NCBI GenBank assembly: GCA_039545335.1
Contig: BCIN01000003.1
Span: 2,303,060 to 2,367,059 of the forward strand
DNA length: 64,000 nt
Direction of reading: 5' to 3'
Origin: Kondoa subrosea
Taxonomy: Eukaryota
The position numbers were made by a program, and so were the translations under genes. The notes beneath the pieces were generated by a model. The model was not told the DNA's origin. It saw only the letters and a list, made by a program, of their open reading frames with translations, and made no database searches. Below, one piece after another: positions 21,769 through 35,518 of the stretch; within the stretch, counting starts at the first letter, position 1; each line of letters opens with the position of its first letter.

Positions 21769-23372
21769 TCACTGTGTCATAATGCCAGTAGAGTTAGCCT
21801 GCTCCAGAGCGTGAACCTTCAATATCGATTCTCGGAAACGATCAACGTTGTATTCTATCAAGGCAGATTGTAGATCCAGTTTATTCGGCTGTAGCAGTCC
21901 GACAAGAGACAAGCGTCTAGGCGAGCAGAAACATGAGCGCAGCAGGGATGCACTCAATAGGCATACTCGTCGAGATCCCAATGAGCCAAAGTCACTCCCG
22001 ATGCAAGTTTCACTTTACTCGTCGCTGGATGTCTGGCTTGTGTTTGACCTACATTGTTGTGAGATCCAGGAAGCGATATTGGGAGTTTGCTTGGTGAGCT
22101 ATGCGTCGTGAGGTCTTTTGAGGAAGTCGAGACTATAGTGTTCGACGGGTTGTCAGGGCTGTATTTCTTAATTTCAGAGCCAATTATTAGTACTTTTTGG
22201 GAAGCTCACCTATACAATCCGCCGAAGTCAACACACAGATCTACAAAGTCGCTACATATTTCGTGGGTTTTCGAGTCTACTGGAGAAGAATCGGTGCCAA
22301 CATAAAGCTTTGTAGGTAGGTGGAAGAGGAAAGCTTTTTCTATGCCGGAACTCTGTGTACACGTGTTTTCAGATATAGCTCAGCCTACACGTGTGCGAGT
22401 GTAATCTCACTTGGCACACCAGATCCATCAATCGCTCGATAGCACCCTGACAAGGCAACAACTTCTGCGTTATTTTCGAAAGCGCTTCGTATATCGAATG
22501 GTCGTATATAGAGGTCAGGTAGAATGAAACGATGGGTATGTAGGCAAAACCGGAAGGGCTGGTAGACGAGCCATCCGGAGATTCTTGCATATCGTCTAGC
22601 AGATGTTGCCGAATGTCTTCCAGCAAGTCTGCCAATTCCTTCAGCGAGAGAATTAATGTGCACACAGGAAATGGCCATACCGCTTTGATAATCGTCTGAC
22701 ATCCCATCTGTCTTGTGTACGAAAACTTCAAAGACTATGCCTGGGCTGGAGTTGTGTAGTAGTAGTATAGACGCTGCTACCTTACGAGCAAGCTCTGTGG
22801 ACTCGCTCTGGAAAGCCTGAGATAATTCAGATTCAGTAGAGGTTCCAGGGTGCATAAGATCACACTGTCTGACTTGACCATCCAAAACATATATGACTGC
22901 TCCCACCGCTGCCAGAGGCACATCCAGGTGTTGAAGGTCCCATTGATTGCCAGGCAAATCCCACAGCTGAAAGTTGGCGAATGCACTGAATTCAATGCTG
23001 TTCAGCGATTTAAACGTGATCAGTACGTGCACATACGTAAAATCTGTGATGTTAGGCTTCCGAGTCGTTTCAATATACAGGGTATCGGTCGGTGCTACGT
23101 AATGCCTATCACTTATTAGGTGTAATCGCGCTACCGAGATACTTACCTGTCCTCTTGAAGATGAAGTCAACAATTCTAAGAGCTCTCAGTTCAGCTGAGA
23201 TTGAGAAAGAAGCTGCTATTCACCGACGACGTCTTGCCAGAGCTGTTTATCTCTGAGAAGTACAAGTTGAGCTTTGACAGAAGTCTCACCTCCGAGGACC
23301 CATCAACAGAATAATTTTCTTGTTGCTGCCACCACTAGATGTACCCGGAGCATTGATATCGTTGTCTTGCAT
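21769..23372 (-). CDS. GTR2: Rag GTPase RagC/D
   Basis: LLMGPRR-SGKTS P-loop, TLYIETT, WDLPG, FEVFVHKTDG, FYLTSIYDHSIYEALS, IEKAFLF, IEYNVDRF. Confidence 0.9.
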
Positions 23373-23576
23373 TTTAGATTCTTGAAGGAATACTAAGCGT
23401 GAATTTCAAAGTCGAGTTTCCGGCCAATGCTGTGTTCTGACGGGTTCCCGCGCTTCTAATCTGAGGCAACACTGGATGGAGTATCTGTGTGTAGCAGCGC
23501 AATTATTTCGAAAGGTTATTTCAGAGAAGAATCGATATTGATTTATTGTTTTTCTTTCCAACACAAACCACATGAT

Positions 23577-25540
23577 ATGACTATCACGCTCTCGCAGGCT
23601 CTTGCGACTCATGAAGCCTATCTATCACGCCTCTATTCAGAACTCGATGACGCCTCATGTCAAGCAACAGTGTGCCAGAAATTAGAGGCATTACACTCTG
23701 CCTTGGTCGACACTATAAACAGTCAAAAGCGCGAAGCTGAGCAAGAGGTCGTGACAGTCAAAGAAGAGTGCGCAGAACTACAACATGACATTGAGCGCAT
23801 TGCCAAAGTGCTGGGACAGAGGCTGGAGGAAGATCCAGATTCCGACGTGCGTGCATAAAACCCCAGCTGCACACAGACACTTGACGATAGCAACACGACA
23901 GTCTCTTCTTACCAAGCGCTCTAATCGCAAGAGCGCTCTAGCCGCCCTCGAAGTGCAATACAAAGACAAGAAGCAGCAACACGATGCTTTACTGAACCAA
24001 CTTCATGCCTATGTGCCAATTTTAGGAGCTACTACAATCTCAAATGTGGCCCAGACCATGTCAGAAGACCTTACACAGACTCGCTTCAACACTCTGCGCG
24101 AAAAGATCGATGAATGCAAAGTCGAAATGGTCAGTCTATGTCTGAAAGAGCCCACATTGAGCTGTAGCTAATACTTGACAGGCGCGTCGACGAGAGTTGC
24201 TTGATTCACAAGTCACAGAACTATATACACTGTATGAAGAATTAGAAATCAGCCCGCCAGCTGAGGCGGTATCGGTACTTTTACTCTCTCTGCCCCGACC
24301 TGCAGAAAATCCTCTCTTGGATCCTACTGAGACCAACTTAAGCCTTGCAGCCTCTCTTCTTTCGTCACTGGAATGTGAACGTCTACAAAGAGAAACTCAG
24401 ATTCAGACAATGTTTGACAATCTTTGGTCGCTGTGGATCAAGCTTGGTGTTGATGAAGACTATTCCGACGAATTTGTGGAAATGCATGCTGGGATTTCGA
24501 ATTCGAGTTTGGCTGCCTATCGTGCTGAATTGGACCACATGGAGACAGTCAAACGAGATAACATGCTGGTTTTCATCCAGAAAGAGAAGGAAGAGGTCAG
24601 ACGGTTGAAACAACAGCTCTTCATGTCGATCACAGTCGACGAAGACCCTTTGGAACAAGAAGAGCCCGCTTCATGCGAAGATGCAGACCTAGCGCGAGTG
24701 GAAGCGCAAAGAAGAGCGCTCGAGGACGAGTTGTCTGATAAGAAGGTGCTGCTCGAACTGGTGACTCGATATTTCGGGCTTTTACATGAAATACGAGAGC
24801 TGGAAGTGAGTAGGACTTTTTTTTACAGATCGTACAATGTATACTCATGGATATATAGGCATCAGCGAACGACCCCAATCGCCTTTTAGGTAAAGGTGTT
24901 CGTGGGGATCCAGGCAGACTGTTGCGGGAAGAAAAAACACGCAAAAGAGTTGCAAAAGAGAAACCAAAGGTATGTCGGCTTCTTCTTGCTATCCAGCATT
25001 AGCTGATGCCTTACCGCATAGCTTCAGCAAGATCTGCAGCGGCTGATTGCAGAATGGGAAGAGTCAAGAAACACTTCCTTCATGATTAGCGGATCGCGGT
25101 TTCTCGATGACTTGGCGGAACGAATAGCCATGGAAAGCTCGTGCAGCAATAAACGAATTCCGGTCAAATCCAAGACTCCATCACAACTGAATGCACAAAG
25201 CACTGGGTCCTCTACAGCCCCGCTAAAGCGTCAGCAAACAGGTCAATCAGTTGCTTCGTCTTCTTCCCAGCAGAGCAAGCGTCCCAGGACCGCCCTAGCC
25301 ACGCCTTCTTCGGCAATGCCCAGGTTAGCACCTCCTTCAATTAATCGCCCTCAGCTCCCCAGCGATTGGGGAATCGCCTCTTCTGCTAAGCCGGCCACTC
25401 AACTTTCACTTTTGGTTGAAGCTAATACCAGGAGAAAGAGTTTCAGGCCGCGTCCCTCATCCACTGCCTTCTCTGCGGCACCGAGCTCCCTTTTCTCTGG
25501 AAGAACAGCGAGCAGTACCAGCTCTGTATTTGCGAAATGA
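23577..25540 (+). CDS. ASE1: MAP65/Ase1/PRC1 microtubule bundler
   Basis: Coiled coils, DPNRLLGKG..RGDPGRLLREEKTRKRVAKEKPK, basic S/P-rich tail. Confidence 0.88.
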
Positions 25541-25592
25541 GTCTGCTGGTTGTATTATGTAATCATCGTATTGTAATAATGCTCGTAGACGG

Positions 25593-26630
25593 TCAACTTA
25601 GAGAGGACAGAAGGATGTCTGTTATCGTACGACCTATGTTAATTCCCTCGTGCTCCAGCGAAGCTCTTTCTCTACTCTCGGCTGCGAAGTCTTTGGACAA
25701 AACACCTTTTCTTTCCCTGACATCAATGATGGGCTTCACGATATCAGCGGTGAATTCGGGATGTCCCTGTAATGTGAAGACATGTATGTTCCGAAGTACA
25801 TCTTCCCGACTGTCTGTGGGTGCCACAGGTCGATAGAATTTGACCAGAGAATGAACAGGACATCTGCTGGTCATGGCAAGGTTCTGGAAATCAGGCGGGA
25901 CCGATACAACGTGATCTTGATGCACTTGTTGGATAGTCTGTGTACCGTTGTACTCAATGGACGTAGCTAACGAAGGCAGAAACTCACTCTGGCCTTTTCT
26001 CCATTCTGGGCTAAAATTCTTCGGCCCAATTCATTCAGCTCAATGCTGTAAACACCAAGCTCCCAGCCCTTCTCATTTTTCTGAACAGTTGACCCAAAAG
26101 CCTGAGCGACAACTGCAGTCACGGCAATCATCGAGCGATCTTCTTCTATTCGGAATGTACTTACCTTGATGACCGAAACACAACCCGATGATTCGGAGAT
26201 GAGGATAAGATGCAGGAAGGCTAGCTATGAAATCCGTCAAGCGCTGAATCCACGGTAGAGGCTGGTAAGCAGAGGCAGCTGTTTCGACTGCGATTTGAGC
26301 ACCACGCTCGTAATGATCTGTGTCCACGGACCCGATCCAGTCATAAGTACACCGTGTGCGCTGCGTAGCATCTCCTCATCCGGCAGCTCTCCATCTACCG
26401 CGTCAAAGCCAAGATATTCTATGGCCGGGTCATTTGATCGCCTTGATTTGTCGAATAACTGGCAGAAAACGTCGTGATACGTTCCATGTGTCTTTTGAAC
26501 TGTTGAACAACTATGGTTTTGGCGTGTTATCTTTGACGCGGAGCTCACCAGCAGGAACAGGCGTGTCACAAATCAAAATGATAACGCGCAATGCAATAGC
26601 TTGCTCGTCGCCTAGAACAGTGCGTTTCAT
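25593..26630 (-). CDS. Class I glutamine amidotransferase-like protein
   Basis: ILICDTP, LMTGS, GLCFGHQ, HQDHV, QGHPEF. Confidence 0.88.
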
Positions 26631-26811
26631 AGCGATGTATGGGCGGAATCCAGGGATTAGACGGAATCTGAGCAAGGCAGTGTTCTCAAGTGTCCATCCC
26701 GCGCGACTTCAAGTCAAAACTTACAAAAAGTCGTCAGTGAGCTAAGGGCAGCCCCATATCGATAGATAGCAGGAAGCTGCGGGCACGTGTACACAATGAT
26801 GCACACGTATT

Positions 26812-27780
26812 CTACAACTTAGCCAGCACAGCCTTTAGTGAAGACGCCTCGATGTCCTTGCCATTCTCAATACCGGCATAGACGACCTTTAGGCTGTCAA
26901 GACCTCGTTAGCCACGAGCGAAGATTCTACTACGAATGTAAATTACTCATCAATGATTCTGACAGGCATTATCATGAGTAACCACTGACCATTCGGGACA
27001 ATTACTCACAGCGCAAATCGCTTGCTCCTAACTCCAAGTCCCAAGCCGCTGAGATCTTGCGTCAGACCAGCTTTTGAGAGCCAAGTTGTGCTGCCATCAG
27101 CGATGAATTTGACATCTCCGCCTTTTAGAACTCTGCCGAAAGAAGTATGGATGAAAAAATCAGAGATTTGGCTAGTTGACTCACTTCGCCCAAGCCGACA
27201 TAACGAACAGGTCGTTGCTGGCCACGACATAAACGGGAATGCCCTTGAGTTTGTCGGATCCTTTCTTAACCTCCTGTATGAATGCTACAAGCCGCTTCTA
27301 GCTTTGGCGAAGCAGAAATCGAAGCAACTCACGAGGAACATGGACCTATACAATGCATGGCTCAGCTCGTCATAGGAATTTCATGAATTCTAGGGCTGAC
27401 CTCTTGACAGCCACTGTGATGACCTTCAGCACTAACTCGATACGTAATAGCTAAGTACAAACGGAGCTGAGATTCAGAAGTTAGCGGAAAGACATGTGCT
27501 TGGAAAGTTCTGTTACACACTGAAGGCTCCAGGTACGCCAACCAAAACGACTGTGCTCGACGGTCAGAATCGTCAATAGGGCTAGCCAATGATGGAGGCT
27601 CACCTGTCTTTCCTTTCCATTCGTTTGTGCTCAACGTCGATGGTCGCTGACACACATCACTGTCACGGACAATTCATTCATCAGCAGACGACATGAACAT
27701 TAATCCTACAGTGGATCATCGTCGGTGACTGCTATGTATGCAAAGTCGCCAGATGGTATGGTGTCGCCTTCTTTGATCAT
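26812..27780 (-). CDS. AHP1: Type II peroxiredoxin (Ahp1/Prx5), multi-intron
   Basis: Spliced MIKEGDTIPSGDF..., GVPGAFS..GCQEVHVP, ASNDLFVMSAW, FIADG, GLGVRSKRFAL-IIDD. Confidence 0.85.
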
Positions 27781-28324
27781 TCTTGTGGGCACCAGGCGAT
27801 GTGTTACGATAAATATTGAGAAAACGGTTGTCGGCGGAAGAACCTGATTAATTTCGTCGGTAATGAAACTGAGCGAGATTCAGGATCTTCTCGTAAACCT
27901 GATAGACCTGTATCTCAACGACATTATTCGATACACAGGCTGCGTCCCTGGCCATTACCACGTCTGACGTGTAATCACTTGTAAGCAGCGGCTGAACCTT
28001 GTACGTGAATAGGACACAAAAGCTATGCCGCCGTGCCCCATCTGCGCTCCTGTAATTTATATTACTTGCAGCAGTCAAGATGGCACCAGACTGCCCTACG
28101 AGACTGTCCCATACACTTCATGTGACTGTTCCAGAACAGGCGAAGCATATTGACGTAGTAGAGGATAACGGGGCCGGCAGTGAAGGCCGGCAGTCGTCAA
28201 AAGCCGTAGTCAGTGGCAGAGCTGACGATCGAGTGAAGGAAAATGCGATGCTCTGTGGATTGCAGTAGTGCAATAACTCGGTCAGCGATGATGACTGCGG
28301 AATGAGACACACAAAGGACCTCAT

Positions 28325-29219
28325 TCAATGTACCACGTGCGCTTTAACAATGTATGGCTGCACGCTGACACTTTGAAATACATGCCGCGTGCAATTGAAG
28401 GTGCGTTGCATTCGATACGCTTCATTTGCAGTTGGCAATTTTACTAGCAGACCTGGGAAGGCATCGGCCCGGCTGTCCGCACTGTTAAATTGACCACGAG
28501 AAGGTATTGCGACTCACTGCGCGACAAAAGCGAAAGCATCATTCGCCGTCTCCTTCATGCGAATCCGTAGCATCTGTTCTGTTGGAATTGGCCCTACAGG
28601 CCCAGGATCTCGCACAGGTTGAAAGTCTTTCTCTTTGAGCATAGCGAGAACTGTGCCCGCTGTTACTTCTTTGGGTATGCCGCTTAATAACACCGAGCGA
28701 CCTCCAAAGCTTCTCCCTTGGGCTTGCCGCTCACGCAAATGTGATCTATTTTGCAATTTTCGATGCTTGTCATTTGAGAGTGGAAGTGGACGGGCAGAGA
28801 GATGACCAGAACCACCTAATTCTGTGGTTTTCAAGCCGGAACAAAAGATTGAAGCTTGCTTAGGATTTTGAAAGGTGACTATGCATGCTCCTGATGGACG
28901 CAGATTCAAATTTGGTATGAGCTCAACTGCAAATGATGCTGAGACATTGTATAAAGCAAGAGCAAAGTAGCATACTGGCTTCGAATTTCGGGTCAGAATC
29001 TTTTGTTACGTCTGCAATAAGTCGCTGTACATCTTCGTGTGTCGTACTGGGCAGCAATCCATTCAACCAAACATGTTTTGGAAGTTGACGTAGCGGTTCC
29101 AGAGCTTCTGTGCGGCTTGATGTTATAGATCTTGACGAAGAGTCAGGCTGTCGAGTGCTGTAGGTTCGCACGCATGGAAAGCGTAATGTGCGTTTTGCAA
29201 GATGTTGAATAGGATTCAT
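28325..29219 (-). CDS. Hypothetical, probably mitochondrial, RRM-like protein
   Basis: Arg-rich presequence-like N-terminus; RNP2-like VWLNGL and VLLSGIP; GT-AG introns. Confidence 0.55.
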
Positions 29220-29273
29220 GGGAGAAGGTTGAAAGCATGATACAATGTATTATTTGTCGAAAACTACAGTCTT

Positions 29274-30319
29274 TCATCCCGATACTGCAAATATGCCCTC
29301 CACCCAGCTCGCCAAACTAAGCTTTAGCTTGCCCAAATCCTGATGCCCTTGCAAAAGCTTCCACTTAGCGTCACCTTTGAGTACAGCAGCATCGCTTGCG
29401 TCGATGCTGTCTGCCTTTGCTTGATACTGATACAATTCGTAATGGCTAAGGACAGCTTGCCGTTGAATACCTAGCGCTTGAAGGCGTCCGAGCTGCATAT
29501 GCTCTTGCTGAATAAGATTAGCGACCATGGGTGCTAATTGGACAGAAACTGGAGCCGATGTCGATCGAGAGGGTAGTAGTAAGATAGCTACCACCAGCAA
29601 CGCAAATATACCATATCTTGCCAGATGTAGGTTGTCATGAAGCTGTGTTGCCAGTAAGGTTGGCCGTTCAAGAACATTTGGATTATACTGACTGGGACAT
29701 TTGTTTGCCAATCTTGCAACAGTACAGCTGCCTCACCAGCTGCCAATAGGACCAAAGGTGCAATCACCCACACTCGCCAGGCGGACCTCGTCTCTTCCAC
29801 CGTCAATATCCCCAGACCCACTGCAAGCACCATGTATTCTAAAAGCTTGCTCGGAAGACTGAATAGAAGGAGATCAACCAAGCTGGTTGAGCAAAAATTG
29901 CAGTCGATAACTGGTTTTGGCCCGAGTCGCATGTAGTTTGCTCGTCCTTCTGAGGTCGTAATACGAGTGAGCAGCCGCATAGTATCCTCTGGCGGATCTC
30001 CGCCGTAAGATAGCCGGACTGCTTGCTGTAGTTGCACCGAAGGTGTATTGATTGGCAAGTTGAGTTTCGAAAACAAAGAAACGGGCCGAAAGAAATAGCC
30101 TCGAGTTACACAATATGCAAGCAGGCCTAGACCTAGCATAATGCGGAGGTAAAAAGTCACTTTGGAATGAGATACGGCAATTGGCGCAATATTGAGTGGA
30201 ATGCCTTGAATGCTTTGTTTCTGTTTCGCAGGCCGCTTGCCATCGATCATTGGCCTGACCCGCTTGTAGACGATAGGTAGAAGCACAACGCCTAGAGTTG
30301 CCAATTTGCTGAAGTCCAT
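29274..30319 (-). CDS. Conserved fungal multi-pass membrane protein
   Basis: Several hydrophobic segments, YMRLGP...DCNFC motif; exon structure approximate. Confidence 0.6.
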
Positions 30320-30380
30320 GTTCAGGTCTCGTTTTGGAACAAGAAACGTGAGCACGTCAAGCCTTTGTTCGGAACTATCA

Positions 30381-32542
30381 ATGGCCAATGTCGATGAAGA
30401 CAAGCTCGCTAGCGAGTTGGAGCAATGCGAGATCACTCCAGCAAGTGATGGACAGGCCGCGGATGAATCCTCGAAGTTGAAGTCCCTGCTTGCTGTATTG
30501 AAGAAGACAGGTAGGTTCACGTACTGCATGCTGCAACAAGGCCTTGACTTTAAGCTGTAGTTGGCGTCAAAGATTTGGCTTCCTTGCGACTCTCGCTACC
30601 AGCAAATCTCCGTGAGTTTGGCTCTCCAGATCTCGCAAGTAATTGCTTATGCGGAGCTCTGTAGTACATCCCGTGCCTAACCTAGATGCATGCGTACTTC
30701 TTCAGACTTGCAACAGCAGTGCTGACTGATTCATTATTGACAGTACTGGAATTGTGAGTTGGCTGGTCAATATGCCTGAATCTTTGACTTACTGTGATCT
30801 TGCAATCGTCCTTGCAGATCAGGACAGACCAGATCTCTTCGCAGCAATAGGCGATAGCGATGATGAGCTAGAGCGTATGAAGGCTGTCTTGCGCTGGTCT
30901 TGTAAGCCTATCTTCATCGGCGGATATTTGACCTTCTGAGCAGAAAGTCAACAGTCTCGAAGGATCTGAAATTTGCAAAGGGAAAAGTGTGCAAGCCATA
31001 TAGTAAGTCTCTTTGTTCTTGGCCAGCGTACTAATTGCTCAATCGCATTTGAAAAGATTCGGTGTGAGTTCGACACAAGTATAGTTGAACGTCTGTCTCA
31101 TCTTCACTGGCAGTCTTGGCGAACAATTCCGTGCTATTTGGGATGTTGCACCCACGCCTATGGATGCAGATGGTGTCACACTCCTGTTTCGTGAGGGACT
31201 TGATTCCAACCCAGATGTATCCGGTATCAACCTACCGTCTACTGCACCATCTTCTCGTCCTTCGTCTGTCCGTTCAATGCCTCCCTCTCCTCGACAACCA
31301 GTGTCTATCAATTCCACCGCAAGTAGCTCGACGTCGAGTATAGCAAGTTTTCGTACTGCTGAGAATGAGAAGGAAGATACACCAGCGACTAGTCTAGGCG
31401 AAGTCGATACAGGGTCCACTCAAGAGGAGCCTTCACAGAAACAAGAGCATAAGGTTCGGGTTGTTTTCTTAAATGAGCAAGTTAGTCATCACCCGCCTGT
31501 TTCTTGTAAGAGTGTTACTCTTTGTCTTTGTGCTTTGCTGACTGTTGTTTTAGCTTTCTGGTACGAGACTGTGCCGGCAGCAGGACAATCGCAGCGAGTC
31601 ATCGCCTATGGAGTAGATCAAATGAGTGCTAAATTCACTGGAACGAGTCTGTCCCGCATGTCCAGGTAGCATCGCTGTTTTACTCAGTGTACTTCCTAGG
31701 TGTGAAAGTCTATGCTGGATCACAAAACAAGGGTATCTTCGTTTCCCTACCCGATCGCGATAACGAGGAATACAATGTAAGTTCGAAGCTCGAGGCAGGC
31801 GAACGGTACTAAAGAGCCTTAAAGATAACACATCCTACTGCCTCAATTACTGGTCTGTTGCGAGGAAGCCCTTACATCACGATCTCCGATCACGCCTATA
31901 TCACATGTCTTTCTCCTTCTGGCAAGCGAGAGGCTGGTAGCACTGCACTACGAGCAATCATCAACTACATCGACGAAAGCTGGGTTGGAAAGGCAAGGTT
32001 TGCGATCGAAGGTGTTGTGTATGAATGCATTATCGGCAGCGAAAGTGAAAGCTATACCAAGATCAAGCAAGTACCCGAAAAATTGATCAAAGGCTGGCTC
32101 GAAGGCAATTGGCGAGGACAGATAATTTGGAAAACTTCTCCCAAACCTAAGACCAAGGTCCGGTTTTCATGTGAGACATCATTCCGCCCAACTCACAATT
32201 TTTAAGGGAACCGTCTTGATCGATATCAACGCGCTGCTGCCGTTGCCGAAACGCATCAAGCCACTGACAGCGCAAGGTCCTTTTGAATCTCACCGATTAT
32301 GGCAAAGCGTCACCGATGCAATCACCGACAAGAAGTTCAGTCAGGCCACTAAGAACAAGCAGGTGATTGAACAAGCACAGCGCGACGCAGCAGCGCAACG
32401 GCAGAAGACTGGTCAAGTCCATGTTCCTATTTTATTTGACGATGCTGCAAGGTTAGAAGCGGATGATGGTCGGGCTAGGTTGAGCGAGGCAGGACGAAAA
32501 GCTCTTCAGACAGAGATAGAGGGTCGAGGTTATGCCTCATGA
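30381..32542 (+). CDS. Oxysterol-binding protein family
   Basis: GVKDLASLRLSLPANL, FLNEQVSHHPPVS fingerprint, ESHRLWQSVTDAI, KQVIEQAQR. Confidence 0.9.
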
Positions 32543-32615
32543 CCAGTTGGCAAATTCTTGGAGGGTGTACAGCAGCAGTATTAGTCGTAATAATATTTAG
32601 CATGTAGTTCTAGTT

Positions 32616-33543
32616 TTAATCCTGCTCGTTATCTTCATCACAATCCGATGGCTCAACTGAGAGGCCTATTGTCGCATCTTGTAAATCTAGATCTATCGCG
32701 TTTGAAGCCACTAGAACCCCTTCGATATCTGGATTGCAATTCACTTTCTTAGCCTTCTTACTGGAATCTGTCATTGAGCACCGACCTCGTGCGCTAGTCT
32801 TCATGCGTCTATCACCCAAACCGACGAGCTGTCGAACCATCTCTCCTTTCCGGTAAATTAGCAACGTGGGTATGTTCTTGTCGCTAAAGGAAATTGGTCA
32901 ACACAAGAAGACACCATGGGATGGCATGAGACTCACGGGTAATTGGGTATACAGCGACTCCCAAATATGGCTACGAACTTGGTCGCTGGGTACCTTTTGG
33001 CTAGCAGCTCTAGATGACTCTTCATCAGGCGGGACTCTGGTATTCTGTTGGTGCATTCAGTCCTGACCTCAGAAGTGATAAGATGGACTGACACATCGTT
33101 GTATAGGAAGCATACCACTCCTGTGCCTCCCTCTTGCTTGCCCTTCAAGTGCTTGCGACTTGCGTCTGTAACTTCACGAGTATAGTCATCCCTACCAATT
33201 TCCCTCAAGCCATGACCATATTGCCAGGTATCTCTCAGAGCGGAGTAGTCTCGCAGCCGTGCTTCTCTGTATGATTCAAGTACCGAAGCGGGCAGATCTT
33301 CTTCAAGCTCATCCAAAAGATCCTCATCTGATAGATCACCGCCAGAATCCCTCAAGCGTTCCAATGAAGTAGGAGCAGCTACAGGAGAAGGTGATCTCTC
33401 CTTTTCTGGAAGGGCTGGAATGATTCCTCTTGCTCGTAACGCATCATTGCTTGAAATGCACAAAGATGACAGTGAGCTTGCAATTTGATTGAAGTCGAGC
33501 AAAGGCCGCACAATTCTGTATCTTCCGATGCTCTTAGAGCCAT
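32616..33543 (-). CDS. PLP2: Phosducin-like protein
   Basis: EDTEF-NDALRARGIIP, YTREVTDAS, CIPNYP-DKNIPTLLIY. Confidence 0.85.
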
Positions 33544-33604
33544 TTATTCCGTGTATTTCGAAATTCGAGCAGCCTTGGTGGTTCTTTCATCTCAACCAAT
33601 ATTC

Positions 33605-34257
33605 ATGTATAAGCAAATGCACGCATTGGGCAATGCCATCGTCAGACGCGGATATGTCACTCGCGCAACAAGATTACCAGATCCTGCCAAATCAGCCTCT
33701 GCAACAAGACATGAACTCGATGATGGGTGTGAATTTTTCATACGTTCACCTCCTTCGGCAGTCCCTGTGGATATTCCATTTCCTCAAGCATCAACGTCAT
33801 CTTCTACTCAGTCTCAAGAGCTTGAAGGCTTAACACACCCTTTAGCCAGACCTACCAAAGCGATACCTTACCAACCAACTCTTTCTCATGATGCGGCGAG
33901 CACAGCACCTTTGCTTCATAAGGCCAAACCTCCTTTGTCAAATCCGCTCTCATCAGATCAATTGGAAGAGCTCAGGCGAGAGAGAAGCAATGGCCGCAGT
34001 CAAACGTATTTGAGCACCAAGTATGGGCTAAGCAGGAGGCAGGTTGCCGTCAGCGGGTTTGCGGCAGGTTCAGAAGGAAGGAAAGCCAGGCGAGCGATAC
34101 AGGAGGATAGATTTCTGACTCAAGATAGGCAGAAAGCTCTTTGGGGCTGGAATAAATGGTGAGTTTTCCTTTGCTGGGATACATCGGATTTTAGGCTTAC
34201 GCGAACACTCTCAGGTTGTCTTGGGAAACGCGCAGAGGAAGAAGAGCATTATGGTAG
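33605..34257 (+). CDS. MRPL20: Mitochondrial ribosomal protein mL58-like
   Basis: SPPSA motif, LSSDQLEELRRER...LSTKYG, C-terminal W...RRGRRALW. Confidence 0.65.
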
Positions 34258-34374
34258 CTTCATCGCGCGAACTATATCAACATGTAATGTTCAGTCTATT
34301 ACATAACATTGTACAACTCTAAACGCTATACACATTACGTACACAACGACATACACAACGCAGTCTTCTAGCCG

Positions 34375-35321
34375 TCAGATACCCGGCAATCGCTCGTTCA
34401 ATCGCGTTTGAGTATCTTGTATCGAGTCTATATCCAATTTGTCAAGCAATTGTTCGCTCTAAATGTTGATACACAGCGTCAGGTCGTACACATCTTTGTA
34501 ATAGACTGTCCTGACCTGATTTAATGCTGACAGAATGGCTTGGATGCGCTTCTGCTTCTCCTGAGTTTCTTGAAATCGCTTTGTTACTCTTTTGGCCTTT
34601 TCTTCTGTAGCTAGCCGAAGCTGAACCATATCTCATCGGTCGAACGGACATACAAATACAGCCAAGCGGTCGAGACATACCTGCTCACGGAGTTCTCGTT
34701 GATGTTCCAATTCAGCACTCAACAACGGTAATGTTTGGGCGGGGAAAGCGAGTGATAGATCAGTTGAGCTGTCGGGAGCACGATATCAGGACCCAAAGAA
34801 ATGCTGGGAAGCGAGGGCAAATACGATGAGAAGGAATTGGGTTCAGCTCCGTCTGCCAAACGAGCTTCTGCTTCTGCTTCTATTCGATCTAAAGCATTTG
34901 CTAACGGTATAAAGTTGCTGAACGAGCCCATTGTTGATAGTGTAGTCCAGGCATGCTGTTGGCAAAGGTCACCATGAAGCATCGGTTTAGAGAGATGCTC
35001 AGCTACTTCGAATGAATGATTGAGCAGCTTCACTGTTTCGCCCGTCAAAGCGGTAATGAACTCAGTATGTTGGGCTGAATGTGTGGGAAAGGATTGCTTC
35101 ATGGTTTCCAGTCTTGCGCACTAGCACTGTCAGCGGGGCTGTCTCCTTCTTAATAAAAGAAAAAAGACTGACGTGATCTTCTCCGAGACCTTCTTTCCAG
35201 CCGTGAGCATAGCTCCCCTGGCGATATTCGCCCTTTTGCTAAATTGGAGTTTGAACATTGCGATGCACAACTTATAAACAAAAACTTACGTGTTTATCTG
35301 CTGAGATCCATGCGAGGCCAT
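34375..35321 (-). CDS. Possible Nnf1-like kinetochore (Mis12 complex) protein
   Basis: KQSFPTHS..., ANALDRIEAEAEAR, C-terminal coiled coil; splicing not fully resolved. Confidence 0.5.
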
Positions 35322-35518
35322 ATCCTGCTAGTATGGAGTCCTAGTAATGCTAGACTCCAATCGCGTCTCTATGATGGATGCAGAGAGGAATCAGAAGTCG
35401 TCCCTTCAAGGCTCCGGATACGAGAACAGGCCGGGCTATATCCGTGTCCTCCTCGCTTTCCAAGATTCGGTGACGAATCGCTTTCCCATCTGCTTGCGAA
35501 CTTCAACTTCACTCAGCC

